A stretch of DNA of 61,802 nucleotides, filler included, from Choristocarpus tenellus KU-1152 (Eukaryota; Protista; Phaeophyceae), in the NCBI GenBank assembly GCA_964200185.2. It is 13 parts of 13 records of this genome, joined end to end, with 100 filler letters (N's around TTAATTAATTAA, not from the genome) between each part and the next. Parts side by side here need not be neighbours in the genome. Positions count along the whole stretch, not along the records: positions 1 to 3,878 come from CAXNAD020017416.1; positions 3,979 to 11,807 come from CAXNAD020005520.1; positions 11,908 to 16,305 come from CAXNAD020014733.1; 10 more parts are not named here. One strand, 5' to 3'. A model generated the notes under the pieces. It was not told the DNA's origin. It ran no database searches and saw only the letters and a program-made list of their open reading frames with translations. Below, piece after piece: positions 1 to 12,044 of the stretch. Numbering within the stretch: position 1 is the stretch's first letter; every line of letters starts with the position of its first letter. A program made the position numbers and the translations under genes.

Positions 1-158
1 CACCCCACTCCCCCCCATAACCACAGTTAAATCAAAGGTTCAATCCAGGGCACAGGCCTCCCCCCTCCCCCTCCAAAAGCTCTCTTTTCCAACTCCAACT
101 CCAACTTCAACTTCAACTTCAACACCAGCAGCATCAAACTATGTACAACAATGTACAC

Positions 159-276
159 CTGGGGAAATGTCACAACGAAGTCCCCCTCCCGCTGAGTAGT
201 GCAAGCCACATTCACGCCTCTTTTGCACAGATCCGATGGGTGTGCCATTGTCACCTTGGGAAGGCGATGTGCGCGC

Positions 277-330
<54 letters not shown>

Positions 331-1769
331 ACGTGCGTGTGCACGCATGCACATCGAGGGGGAGGAGCATAAACACAACAGCTCAAACAAGAGCTAGAGG
401 AACTAGAGGAACAAAAACTGAAATTTTAAAAAGAGTGCCCCCATTCTTGTATCGCCCTTACCCTTACCATTAAAAAAAACAACAGAGGTGATGGGTAGGG
501 AGAGGGGACTGGGTGGGGCAGGGAAAGGACGAACCACTGGTCATCTCACTCACTCTCTTCTCCATGGCATGTTGGAATTGTTAAACAGGAGTTTGAACAG
601 GCGCAATGAAATTTTGTTTGAGGTCTGCAATGTAGGTACGATTACCTGTTCCAGAAATCTACGCTTCTCATCACAACCCAATACCAAGAAGCACCTCACC
701 AGCTGCATGAGGAGGTCCGGATGAGCTTCAAACAACTCCGGAAACATGTCCTGCACTGCCCCCTCAAACCTAACCGCCTCATCCCCCGGCACGCCATACC
801 ACCTCTTGGGAGACCCAGCATGATGGTAGTTGATGGAATACAGGTAATGATCTTCATTGTGCCAGCAGAATGCACTTTTATTGACATTCACATCATGACA
901 ACAGCAATAGGGTTAGGGAGGAGTAAATTTGACAGAAAGAGGTACATTGTGGCCAGGGGTACAAACATAGGTCAACAAGGTGGGGCAGCGGAATGTATAT
1001 TGCCCATGATAATAGTCTTTTGGAATAAGATTTGGAATGAGTTTTTTTTTCAGGTCTCGAGAGAAAACTGCATTTGCATAGAAGAAAGGGTTAGGGAATA
1101 TTTGCATAGAAAAAAAGGGTTAGGGAAAAGAAGGGTAGTTGAGTCAAGCCCAACAACAAGTCCATACAAGCCCCAAACTACACAAGAAAAACAATATAAA
1201 ATAAACAAAAATAATGATAATGATAATGTTAATGAAAAAAAAAAGAAAAAGGCACACGTGTTTAACGTTTAGCTACCCATATGAGGACTAGCACGACCCT
1301 CTCCATAATGCACAGGTTTAAGTTCCCTCCAAGAATCGCCCTAATGCAAGCAAGTACTTGTAGCTCGATTTGGCACGTACACAAAAAAAGACACACAGAA
1401 GACACACAGAAGACACAATCAATCATCAAAGGCTTGGTGGTGCATCAACATTCTACACTAAAAAAAAGAAGATGAATCGAGAGCAGATCAAGCATGTCAC
1501 TCACTGCAGTTTTAAAAAAGCAGTGTATGTAGGGATAGCAATAACAACAACATGAACACCGATAATAATATTAATGATAATAATAATAATAATAGTAGTA
1601 GTAGTAGTAGTAATGAAAGCAATAATCCCAGCAATAGGAACACTAATACTGCTGCTCAAGTATCAATAACAACGTCTGCACAGTAGAAGCAAGAGAAGGC
1701 AGGGGAGACCAGAAACAAAATTTCCACCTCTTTCAGAGATTACAACCTCCCCCAAAAAAGAATAAAACA

Positions 1770-1800
<31 letters not shown>

Positions 1801-2549
1801 GCGGCACAAGTATATTGAAAATACTATCAGAAAATTACAAGAAAAAAAAGAAACAAGCACAGAAAGAAGAATGACAGCCCAGGAGTGGGGTGGGGGGATG
1901 GGAAGCAGAACTGGCTACTAGTACAGGGAGGGGATGCAAAAATACCTGAAAGCCATCCCCACATAAAGCCAAGGAACCATCACCCCCTCAATCTGCTTGC
2001 CAAGGTATTGTAGTAACGACCCATCTGATGTGGGTAAACAGTTAAGATTCCACCTGTCTTGTTCGTAGCAATGCTCCTTAAAACAAGTAACCATTTCCAA
2101 CAAGAGAGGGAAGTGGTGGGGAGGGGGGGGGAGGTGATGGTTATCTCTGGGCTTGCGCTTTTGAAAAAGGTCAGTGAACGATGTAAGAAACACTAGAGGA
2201 CAGAAATTTTCAAAAACACAATGAAATGGTCTAACAATGAATACAACTATTTCAAAACTGTGTATTAATATATATATATATATAGTTGCTAGCTGTAACA
2301 TTTTTTTCTTCATGATCCTCAATTCTCTCAAAACTGATGAAAAATTCCCTTGATAAAAAAAAATGGTAAATACAATACAAAATAAAACCGTCACTGCATA
2401 TTAAAAAAAAAAACTCACCGCCACCCCCTGGTGTCTCCCCCTCTTCCTCCTGTAGTCCTTGAGTCCTTTCCGATGGTATTCACCTTTGACGCCCTTACTC
2501 TTGTTATACCACATTGCATTACATGTATACCAGAGGAGATCATCTTCAA
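159..2549 (-). CDS. JmjC-domain histone lysine demethylase, KDM5/JARID1-like (partial, spliced)
   Basis: Exons 1946-2076, 700-874 and 159-254 join in phase at GT..AG sites: [93 protein letters not shown]. This is the KDM5-type JmjC core with the HxE iron ligands. An upstream exon ending at 2420 (GTGAGT donor, in phase) is likely; its start near 2549 is uncertain. Confidence 0.92.
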
Positions 2550-2560
2550 CTTTGCATTTA

Positions 2561-2652
2561 TGTATGTATTTATTTATGTGTATGTATGTATGTATGTATG
2601 TATGTGTGTGTGTATGAAGAAAAACAACATGAATCAAATGCGTGTAAGTATG

Positions 2653-2686
<34 letters not shown>

Positions 2687-2740
2687 TGTATGGGTATATG
2701 TGTATTTATGTGTATGTGTGTATGAAGAAAAACAACATGA
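2561..2740. repeat. (TATG)n microsatellite with a duplicated GTGTGTATGAAGAAAAACAACATGA block
   Basis: Directly visible; intronic. Confidence 0.85.
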
Positions 2741-2887
2741 GTCAAAAAGTACACAGTAACCCTAACATTATTGTGACAATAGTAACAATTAGAGACATCA
2801 CCAAACTGCAGTACCTCAACCAAGGCACATTAACACATTAACACAACCATCAACATTGACAAGTCTGCATGGTACCCAACTGCCTCT

Positions 2888-3070
2888 GGCTCAAAGTATC
2901 CGGAGGGGGGGTGGGGGTTCTACACCAGTGTGTCCATTTCGGGCCCTGATCAGTAAAAGTTTTCTTAGACTATCCATCCAACGCATGGAACCAAACCATA
3001 CAAAAATCACGACATGGAAAAAGGGCCTCAAATGGACAGCTGCCACCCCTCCCCCGAGATACTTTGAGCC
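2888..3070. mobile_element. MITE, short subfamily B (~180 bp), full length
   Basis: TIRs GGCTCAAAGTATC ... GATACTTTGAGCC; flanked by TCT/TCT; homologous to many other copies in the window. Confidence 0.88.
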
Positions 3071-3260
3071 TCTGACCTCTGAGCAAGCCATGTTACTCCA
3101 TTTCACAGCAATCTACTATCCAGCACCTCAATTGCACCACCTCTAGACACAATTGTAGAAGGTATACCCGTAAAAGGTATACCCATAAAAAGTACACCTG
3201 AAAAAGGTACAGTATGCCAAAACACAAACATACTTGGGCGAATGTGTATACCTCACACCT

Positions 3261-3332
3261 GTACAAAAATCATGTACATAAATCATGTACAAAAATCATG
3301 GTACATAAATCATGTACAAAAATCATGTACAA
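3261..3332. repeat. ~13-bp minisatellite (GTACAWAAATCAT)n
   Basis: About 5.5 tandem copies visible. Confidence 0.85.
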
Positions 3333-3693
3333 ACTCCCTAAAACAAAAACACAAAAAACACTCTCAACACCAAAAACAGTACCCAGTCAAGCCACTGACA
3401 AAGGGACCACAACAAGAGGGCCTTATTAAAAATAAAATACACATGAAACAATCATCAAAAAATGTAGCAATAAAGTTTTAAAAAATATTCTCCAGAAAAT
3501 AATAAAAAATCTAAACAAGCGTAGAAACAAGCAACAAAAACTGAACAACCCACCCTAATCCTACGCAGAACAGTCATGGAACACTCCGAGAACAATCCAC
3601 ATCACAGACCAAAATACAAAAAATAACAAAAAGGTTATATCCCAGAGACCCCTAACAGAAAACGGCCAACACATTTTCTCATCCAAAGGAGTC

Positions 3694-3743
<50 letters not shown>

Positions 3744-3878
3744 AGGAGTACAAGTAGAAGAAATAAATACACATTTTTTCCCAAAAATTCACACCTTTTT
3801 ACACCAAGGAGAGAGAGAGAGAAAGAGAGAGATACAATAGGAGAGGGGGAGGGGGAGGGGGAGGGGGAGGGGGAGGGG

Positions 3879-3978
3879 NNNNNNNNNNNNNNNNNNNNNN
3901 NNNNNNNNNNNNNNNNNNNNNNTTAATTAATTAANNNNNNNNNNNNNNNNNNNNNNNNNNNNNNNNNNNNNNNNNNNN
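3879..3978. other. Artificial contig-joining linker N44-TTAATTAATTAA-N44; also at 11808, 16306, 20198, 24154, 27940, 34886, 37686, 43194, 49754, 53853 and 56870 (100 nt each)
   Basis: Twelve identical 100-nt blocks; the core gives stop codons in all six frames. Confidence 0.99.
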
Positions 3979-5685
3979 CAATCTCGCCGGGTTTATCACC
4001 TTTATCCTCTTTGATGATTTTGGGGATACTTTAACAGCTACTTCATGCATACAACTTCGAACCATCATCTGATGGCAAAAATCCTGTGGGTGTTGCATTT
4101 GACGAATGTCAATATATGTGTAGCGGTTCTTGCTCCCCTACTCAGCCCCCATGGGGTAGTGACATGGGCTGCAGCCTCAGCTAAGGCCAGCACATCAGCT
4201 GCCACAACATCTTCCTCTGACATTACGTTCCCTCCAGTTGACCAGTCAAGATCGACATCTATTCTGACCATCCTTGACGTTTTCCTCTCTTCCTGAACAG
4301 TCCTCCCTGGATCGATGGTATCTCCTGTAACCCCTCCAAGGGTATACTCTCCTGGCGCTACAACATCCTCCTCTGACCTTGTATCCACCCCAGGCCGACC
4401 TCCCAAGATCGACAATTACAAATATACATAGTACTGAATAGGAGTACAAGTATGTATGCCACTTGTATCAACATAATGACGGATATCTTGAAAGGAAACT
4501 GCATGTTATAGTTAGTTCAATGACCAGTAATATTACACACACACACAGCAATAAGCACTAATGATAAATAGAAGGGTTGGAATCTAGCTCTAAGATGATA
4601 CACCGCATGCCAAAAAAGGAACAAAGGTAACAACTTTAGCAACTATGCACCTCTAAACAAGGCCGTTATTCTCACTCAATCAACATGTCACATGTTGGGG
4701 GAACCATGAAGTACTTGCCACAAATCCTCATTCATCATGTCCATGTCGAAACCTGAATCGAATGACACATGCTTTCGTGTGCAATGGGTAGTTTGTGATA
4801 CGAAGAGGTATCATAGTGCCGCAAAGGACCAGTGAATTTGTCTGTTGCAACTGAAGCCAAGGCTTGCTCAGTCAGAAGAAGGGTGATGTGTGTTCGATAT
4901 TCTTCCATGGTACACTCAGGAAGAAATGCATACTCTAAGAAGAGGCTTGTTACCTTGGCGGACAAGGGTTTCTGTTGATGTTTTAACTCTGAATATATGG
5001 CATCCAGGTGTGCATCGGGTACACTTAATGCAGAATGAGCTTGGTGTCTTATGAGGAGGTAATGCCAACCAAGAAAAATAAAAATAAAAATTGACATACA
5101 ACTGGAGTCTTCTGCTGTTAAGAAGAAGGAAGGGAAAAACGAAAAACAAAGAACCAACACAGAAAACTTGAATCATTGTCTGACGTAACTCAAGCGACAC
5201 ATATTATGCCTGTGTGCGTGATTTGTAGGGACTTTTCTTATGCTTCACATGTACTGTGGTTTTCTGGAGATAGTTGCTGGAGTTGTGATGATGAGCTAGT
5301 CGTACAAGGGAAAGTAACGACCAGTACAGCGAACCAATCAACAGTCAGCATGGACTGGTGACACTGAATCGTATCAAGAAAAAACAAATGAGTAGCTTAT
5401 GTTTTAACAATCCACACCTCTACACACTTAAATGCGTCCACTGTCCAACACAAAATGCTCTAACCACACTATTCACAACGTGATGTAATTTATAGTAGAG
5501 CTATTATAGACTCCCCTGCAGCGCATATATCAAACCTCAATATAAACCCAATATATGGCACCGAACGCTGAACACAGTGCCAAAAACTGCCAAAGAAATA
5601 GATTATTCCCCCATTCTACTTTGACAATCCCTCAGCAGAGTCCACAACTCTTTCACATTGAAGAAATCTCACGAGCAGTGCATCA

Positions 5686-8600
5686 TCATATCTCCATCCC
5701 GTCTACCACAACACCAGAAACATCTTCCCCATCATCTTCCCCGTCTGCTCCAAGAAAGAGCATGGGTGAGAACTCAAGCACCCGCCGGTACGCCTTTGCT
5801 GCAAGGAGACTCGGCACCTCCTGCTCGTGGATGGTGGAGGCCACAATAAGGGCAGAACGTTCCATGCGTTCAATTGGATTCACATTTGTCTTCAACAGCG
5901 TATCCATGACAGTGTTATCAAAGCAGTGTGTGGCTGCCACCACCACATGCAGCTGACTGTTGCCTAGTGGGAGATCACCAGAACGTGACAAGGCGTCAAT
6001 GAGGTCCATGGCACTATTCTTCTCGCTTCTTCGCTTCTTAAGGCCCAACGTCTCTGTAGCTGCCTCACGCAGCAGGCCCTTATAGGATTGCCTTGACCAT
6101 ACTTCACCAACCGTTATAGTGGTTGGTCGAAGTGCAGAGTCCTTGTCCAACACCTCAAACCTGGTAATACCCAACAGAGTAAGCGGTGATTAACTTCGTC
6201 AATGCATCATAGCCACGCTGCAAGAATTGTTGTTGGTATGTTCGACGGGACATAATGGTTGGGCTCGATCTTTCATTTTGGTGTTAATCGGGTAGGGACC
6301 TTCCATCTTACCAACACACCCCAGCAACAGCATCACGGAAGGACCCTTGGCAACCATGTCGAAAAGCACAAAAACCGCTATACCAAAATATCTTCGGAGG
6401 GTGCACTTGATGATCTACTGCATGGAAAAGTACAGTTCGAAGGTAATCTGAAAATCGAAACAGAGTCTGAACTGCACCAGGGGTCATACTGACAGATGTG
6501 TATATCAAGAGAAATTTCTTGCCAGCGACAGGGGTATTGTTGTGGTAGGTATTGTAGGTAAGGTTGGCTGAAAGAGGTTTGGATCACAGAAACCATGACT
6601 GTATTCTCGTCGATTTTGACAACACTTGGGGCTCAAAGGGAAAAAATACTCCTAAAGTACAAATTGGAGTTACAGGCAATTTCTGTCAACTAGCATCTGC
6701 TAAAATTATCATCTTTCCTTTTCCATGGTCCGTTCACTGATGTACTTGTGCGTTCAAAAATTGTAGAACCTCAACAGTTGTGGGGATTTGGACAAAAACA
6801 TTCCGTGCGCCTTCCAATATGTCAAACCTAGCTCCAATAAAGACCCTCCTCAAAATGCACTAGCATGCTATAGAATATTCCAAAGGGCAATGAAAGGCAA
6901 TGAAACTCCTTTAACAAGTACGTGTCCAAACTTACACTGGACAAAATAGGATATCAGGTTTGTGTTATTACTTGAATATGCCCATGGGTCGGGATTCCAT
7001 TATGCCAAGATTATCTTAGTCCAACCCCCAGTCCTCTCACCTCCACCACTTTCAAGCAATCCCGCTAGCGTGCCCCCATCCCTGTTTGTACCTCCCACTG
7101 GACCTACCATGTCAATAATTATAAAATACTAATCGGAGTCTTCCGCTTGAACCATGGTGTAGGGTTCAATAATAATCATCGTACCCATTTGTGTTAGTCC
7201 CAAGCAGCTATGCTTTAGTCAACACATTCCAACAAATGACCATGTACACAAGACACGCTGGAGTCGCTGAAGGGGTATATATCGTCAGGGTTCCGTTTGA
7301 CCTCTTTCAACACCCCCTTCTGCACCACGGCACTGGTGCGCTTCCAAAGGATGCATGACGAAGTGAATTCCATTCTTTAACAGTAGTTTTGACAAACTAT
7401 CTGTTCTTCAAATGTTTGGAGTTTTGAGTGTCCATAACTGCGAGAAAATGGCCTATTCTCCCAAGGGGGAATCAATATCCAACACGAAAATGGTCCATCT
7501 CTTCAAGGGGGCACCAAATTCCACACCAAACAGAACCTGGTCGTACTACTACCATCCCCTTACAACCTCCCTACTCTGGAGGGGGAGGACCACTCAATGT
7601 ATGTCATCATTCCTTTATGAACGTTTGTGATGCCTGCGCCATATTCTCTGCCTGGGATGGGAAGCTCAACACAACGGGGAGAACTTCATAGGTACTTTCG
7701 TCTACACCAGATATTGTAGACTACACAGCCCTCCTCTATTACCTTTGGCTCATCCTGAAAGGTTTGTTGCAATATGGCATAGAAAGTAGCCAAGGTACAC
7801 TCACCCCTGCACCCCCACTACGAGTTCTTTTGAGGTTGCAGAGTCTCAAGTGTTCAGAGATACTCGTTTTCTTACGCCTGTCCTTTCTTGTCCTCTTACT
7901 CAAGTAACCACACCACTAACATACATATGACTTGTAATACAAGCTGAGACCGTCACCTAAACGCACCTGTGGTCCATGGCAGCAGGCACTCGGGTGTAGT
8001 CCATGCCACCCTCTGATGAAGCTGCCCTTCCTTCCGTCTCACCACCGACAGGACAATCTGCATGTTCTTTACGGACGCCATGCCTTTCGTCCTCATTCAT
8101 GCGGTAGACCAAGTGTTCAACATTGTACCTGGACCCTTGTTCCCCTCTCCTTCCGATTGTTTGCAGCTGTATCGATCGACCCCTTGTAAAATTGGAAGCT
8201 ATATGCCTTATTCTGCTTCCTTTCCGCTTACCTTCACGTTTTGATGTTAAGCTGCCAACAGTTGGCATCGATGCCTGCTGTTGGGACAGGGAGGACACAT
8301 GGACAAGTTTGAGGTGCCACTCGCTGAGCATTCATGACACTCGTGTGTGGCAATCCCACTCAACTCAAACCCAGATTGCACACAGATAGTACTAGAGATA
8401 TCCCTCAAAATAATACGTTATGGGATGCAAACATGGTGATTCCACAAGCCAAAACCTGACATTGTCGACTATTACAGAACAGTCAAATGACTGCACCTGG
8501 CCGATGTCGTCCAACAATTTTGCCTCTTCAACCTGTAGTACAAGAGGGTTGGGACTGGGGTAAGGATAAGGATAAGGAGAACTAGGGTTGGGAAGAATAC

Positions 8601-10875
8601 GGGATTGATCAAGAGTCAAAGTATCTTAGAGGGTAGAGCCACGTCCGTTTGGGGGCCAAAACCTAATGTTGCGATGTTGATGAGTAGTTTTGGCTATATT
8701 GTGTTTGTTAGGAAGTACCAATACCCTTGTTCTGGACGCAACTTTTCATAACATACCTATTTTTACCTACTCCGTAATGTTTCAGAGTAGGAAAATGTCA
8801 AAAAAATACCGTAGGAAGTCAAGGTCCCAAATGGACAACTGGGCAAACCTCTTGCCCTCTAAGATACTTTCACTCTCAACTTTAGAATACGGGATTGATC
8901 CAAAGTAAACGAGAGGCACCCAGGGTTTGGCCGTTTTGCATTCAAGTCGGTTTTTCAATATTTTGCAGTTCACCCATGATTCTATGCAGGACTTGGCTAA
9001 GTTTGATTTGATACTGATCAATTTCTCTATCGTTTGAAAAATTCGATAGAGTTCGTAAACGTTCCTATAAGCATTCGTACAAAAAAAATCCCCCGCACAT
9101 TTGTCCGAACCCTTGGGTACCTCTCGCTTACTTTGACTCAATACGAAGAGGGGGGGGGAAGGATGACAAAGAAGGTTGGGTGAAGAGGATGGTGAGACAC
9201 TATCAATATAAGGGTTGGTGCTCCCTCTTCTCAGGAACAGCAACCTATCCACCGCTGCTGAGCATTTAGGAGTTGCTGATGCTATGCAAGCCGCATGTGA
9301 AGCCAGGGGCGACATGCAATTCTGATCGCTTGTGCTGGGAAAGCTACCTGCATCATCAATCCATGTTGAAAACCCAAGGGGCTTTTCCTCCTGAATTTCT
9401 ATTTTGCATTGCACCTACTATTCGATACTTCATCGGCAGGACACTGAACACGGTGGTGAAGAAGAATGTTGATGTTCCTGAATTGATGTTGCTGTTTCCA
9501 ACCACAGCGACAAGCCAAACTTCACAAGTGACAACAATCATACACCCACTTGGACCACTCTATCCGTGAAAGCATCCAGTTTTAGCCATTTCACTGTTTG
9601 AACATAATCTACACAAACACATCAGCACAAAAGTGGTAATGTTTCGAGCAACAAACGTTCAAAACAAAACAGAGACCACACTCAACCTCAACTCGAACCT
9701 CCTGGGAGCAACATCGCAATAAACCCTTACAACAGCACCCAAAGAAGAACCCCTTTCAATATGCTATGCATAGAGCAAATGCTACAAAATATATTATCCA
9801 TTTAGTAAACATCCACACTCAGTGTAGGATCTGCAAAAGAGGTCAACAACAACAAGATATCTGAATCTGCCAAAACATGCACAAAATGACTACTGAAGGC
9901 ACATTTCAGCACCTGGCGTTGTTCATCCAGCTCCTGCTTCTTTTGCATCTGTATAGTTGCCTGTAGGTTGGTCACACTGCCCTTCACAGCCAGCAGTTTG
10001 TCTTCCAAGGAGGCATCTTCATGTCCGTCAAACGTAAGCAGGTCTGATGGCACCTGTGAGGATAGGATAGGATAGGTAAGGTCATGTTTCCATTCGGCTA
10101 TGTCCAGATTAAATCGGTGAGCGTACACACAGTACTATGGTAATGTGGGTCATGGAGCAACCCCTGGCAAGATTGTCATATGATAGTTGAATCTATGCAG
10201 GGAAAGTAGGGGGATCACAAAGAGCACCTTCATCTTTAGCCATACAGGGAGGTGTTGACAAATCAGTGTTTTGTCATATACAGTAGTACACATATTTAGT
10301 CAAATTGCACAGAGAAATAATCATAGCACGAGATGGATGCGTTGAGACATCTTGTTTAGTTCAATGGTCTCTCTGCCTGCTAAACATGTCACCTAACCCC
10401 AGTTGTGAATGTCAATTCCACCGTTCACACCATAAAAGATAACATGTCACCCTTGACTATGAGCGTTGAATATGTCCCAAACCAAACCTTATGAGAATGG
10501 TGTAAAAAGGAACATCCAAAAATATCATTGCGCCATCATTGTTCAGCATCCGCACACTTCACGTAAGGAATCCCGTTCAGGCTCTACAGTTAACAAGAAA
10601 ACTATATTACGGAACTAACTAAGACTCACACTTCAAGAAAGAAAAAATCCCACCATTGCCATCTATCTATCACCTGGTATTCAATGAAGAGCTGCATGAG
10701 GTCCTGAGTAAGCTGTATCTCCTTCGTCAATGCACCAGGGGGTAGACGTAGTAGAGTTTCCATTTGTGGCTTGATCTGTATCACCAGCACCCCGAAGAGC
10801 GTAGACTCCAGCTGCATCGCCCTAAATGCCTTGGCAAATCGCTGTTGTTCAGGAGACAGAGACTGGATGGAGTCC
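5686..10875 (-). CDS. Conserved uncharacterised protist protein, 3' part (spliced)
   Basis: In-phase exons 10674-10875 ([52 protein letters not shown]) and 9913-10053 ([10 protein letters not shown]..), a possible exon starting at 8532, an exon ending 7967 (..[13 protein letters not shown]) and terminal exon 5686-6160 ([52 protein letters not shown], stop). From memory it resembles a stramenopile/haptophyte hypothetical family often labelled ubiquitin-domain protein; not verified. Confidence 0.78.
8613..8875. mobile_element. MITE, long subfamily A (~260 bp), full length
   Basis: TIRs GAGTCAAAGTATCTTAGAGGG ... CCCTCTAAGATACTTTCACTC; flanked by TCAA/TCAA; intronic. Confidence 0.9.
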
Positions 10876-11745
10876 CTGCAATTAGTTATTGTTATTGATC
10901 GCATTCTGCATTTTTTAGCTAGGTTGGCGGGGTTTGGTTTTTACTGGGGAAGGTTTGTCGCAAGCTTGTTGTTCGGTGGCCCAATCTCTATCACTTACAT
11001 GAAATATATTGTGGCAGCACTCGCTCATGATACAACCCAGCAACTCCATAGGTTGTTCTTTATCCTATACTTCGTACTGTGTACTAGTATGTTCAAACGT
11101 CTACACAATCTCAAGACAATTTCAAGAGTCATTGCATAAACTTACACCATCAGATCATTCCTCAGCTCATCGCTCGTCGCTAGTGAAACAAGGCTACAAC
11201 ACCTTACGTTGAGCAATCCTGTACTGTCCATTAGTAGTATGTTCAAATGCCTACAAACTATTTTTAAGGCGTTTTCTAGGAGAGTCATTGCATCAACTTA
11301 TACCACCGTGTCATCACTAGCCTTGCCGCTTGCCGTTCTCAATATAAAGCTGCAACCCCTTATGTAGTGCAATCCTATACTAAGCACTATGTAACTAGTA
11401 TAGCAATTGTCTACACATTCCTCAAAAAGATACTTTCTTCAAGAGTCAATTGTGTGAACTTACGCCATCGCATCACCCCTCCCTCACTACATACTCCATT
11501 CAATGTCTCTATTTGTATTATTATACAAAGCGGACCATTTGGAACATATAGAATCAGCTGCTTGTGCCTAAAAGCAAGGACGGGTACATCATAGCAAACA
11601 GGGTGCAGCAGCATCACACATAGAACAGGGGTAGAATACAACAAATTTACATCCCTCAAAACACGAGTTAGTTTACTATATATACTTCAATGTACCAACA
11701 ACACACTATTGTTCTAACACATCAGCGTACCAACAGCACAAAAGT

Positions 11746-11807
11746 GGGTCAAAGTATCTGGGGGGGGGGTGGCCGGCTATCGTTTTGAGGTCAAATTTTT
11801 CATGTCG
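11746..11807. mobile_element. MITE subfamily B, truncated by contig end
   Basis: GGGTCAAAGTATCTG + G-tract + internal sequence shared with full copies. Confidence 0.8.
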
Positions 11808-11907
11808 NNNNNNNNNNNNNNNNNNNNNNNNNNNNNNNNNNNNNNNNNNNNTTAATTAATTAANNNNNNNNNNNNNNNNNNNNNNNNNNNNNNNNNNNNN
11901 NNNNNNN

Positions 11908-11951
<44 letters not shown>

Positions 11952-11955
11952 ACAC

Positions 11956-12037
<82 letters not shown>

Positions 12038-12044
12038 AGCAGAC

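Noticed and set aside
27-3880. ORFs rich in HT/VC/YI dipeptides (also near 11908-12030, 39640-39780, 58500-58650, 60235-60300)
   Set aside because: Translations of (CA)n, (TATG)n, (GA)n and similar microsatellites.
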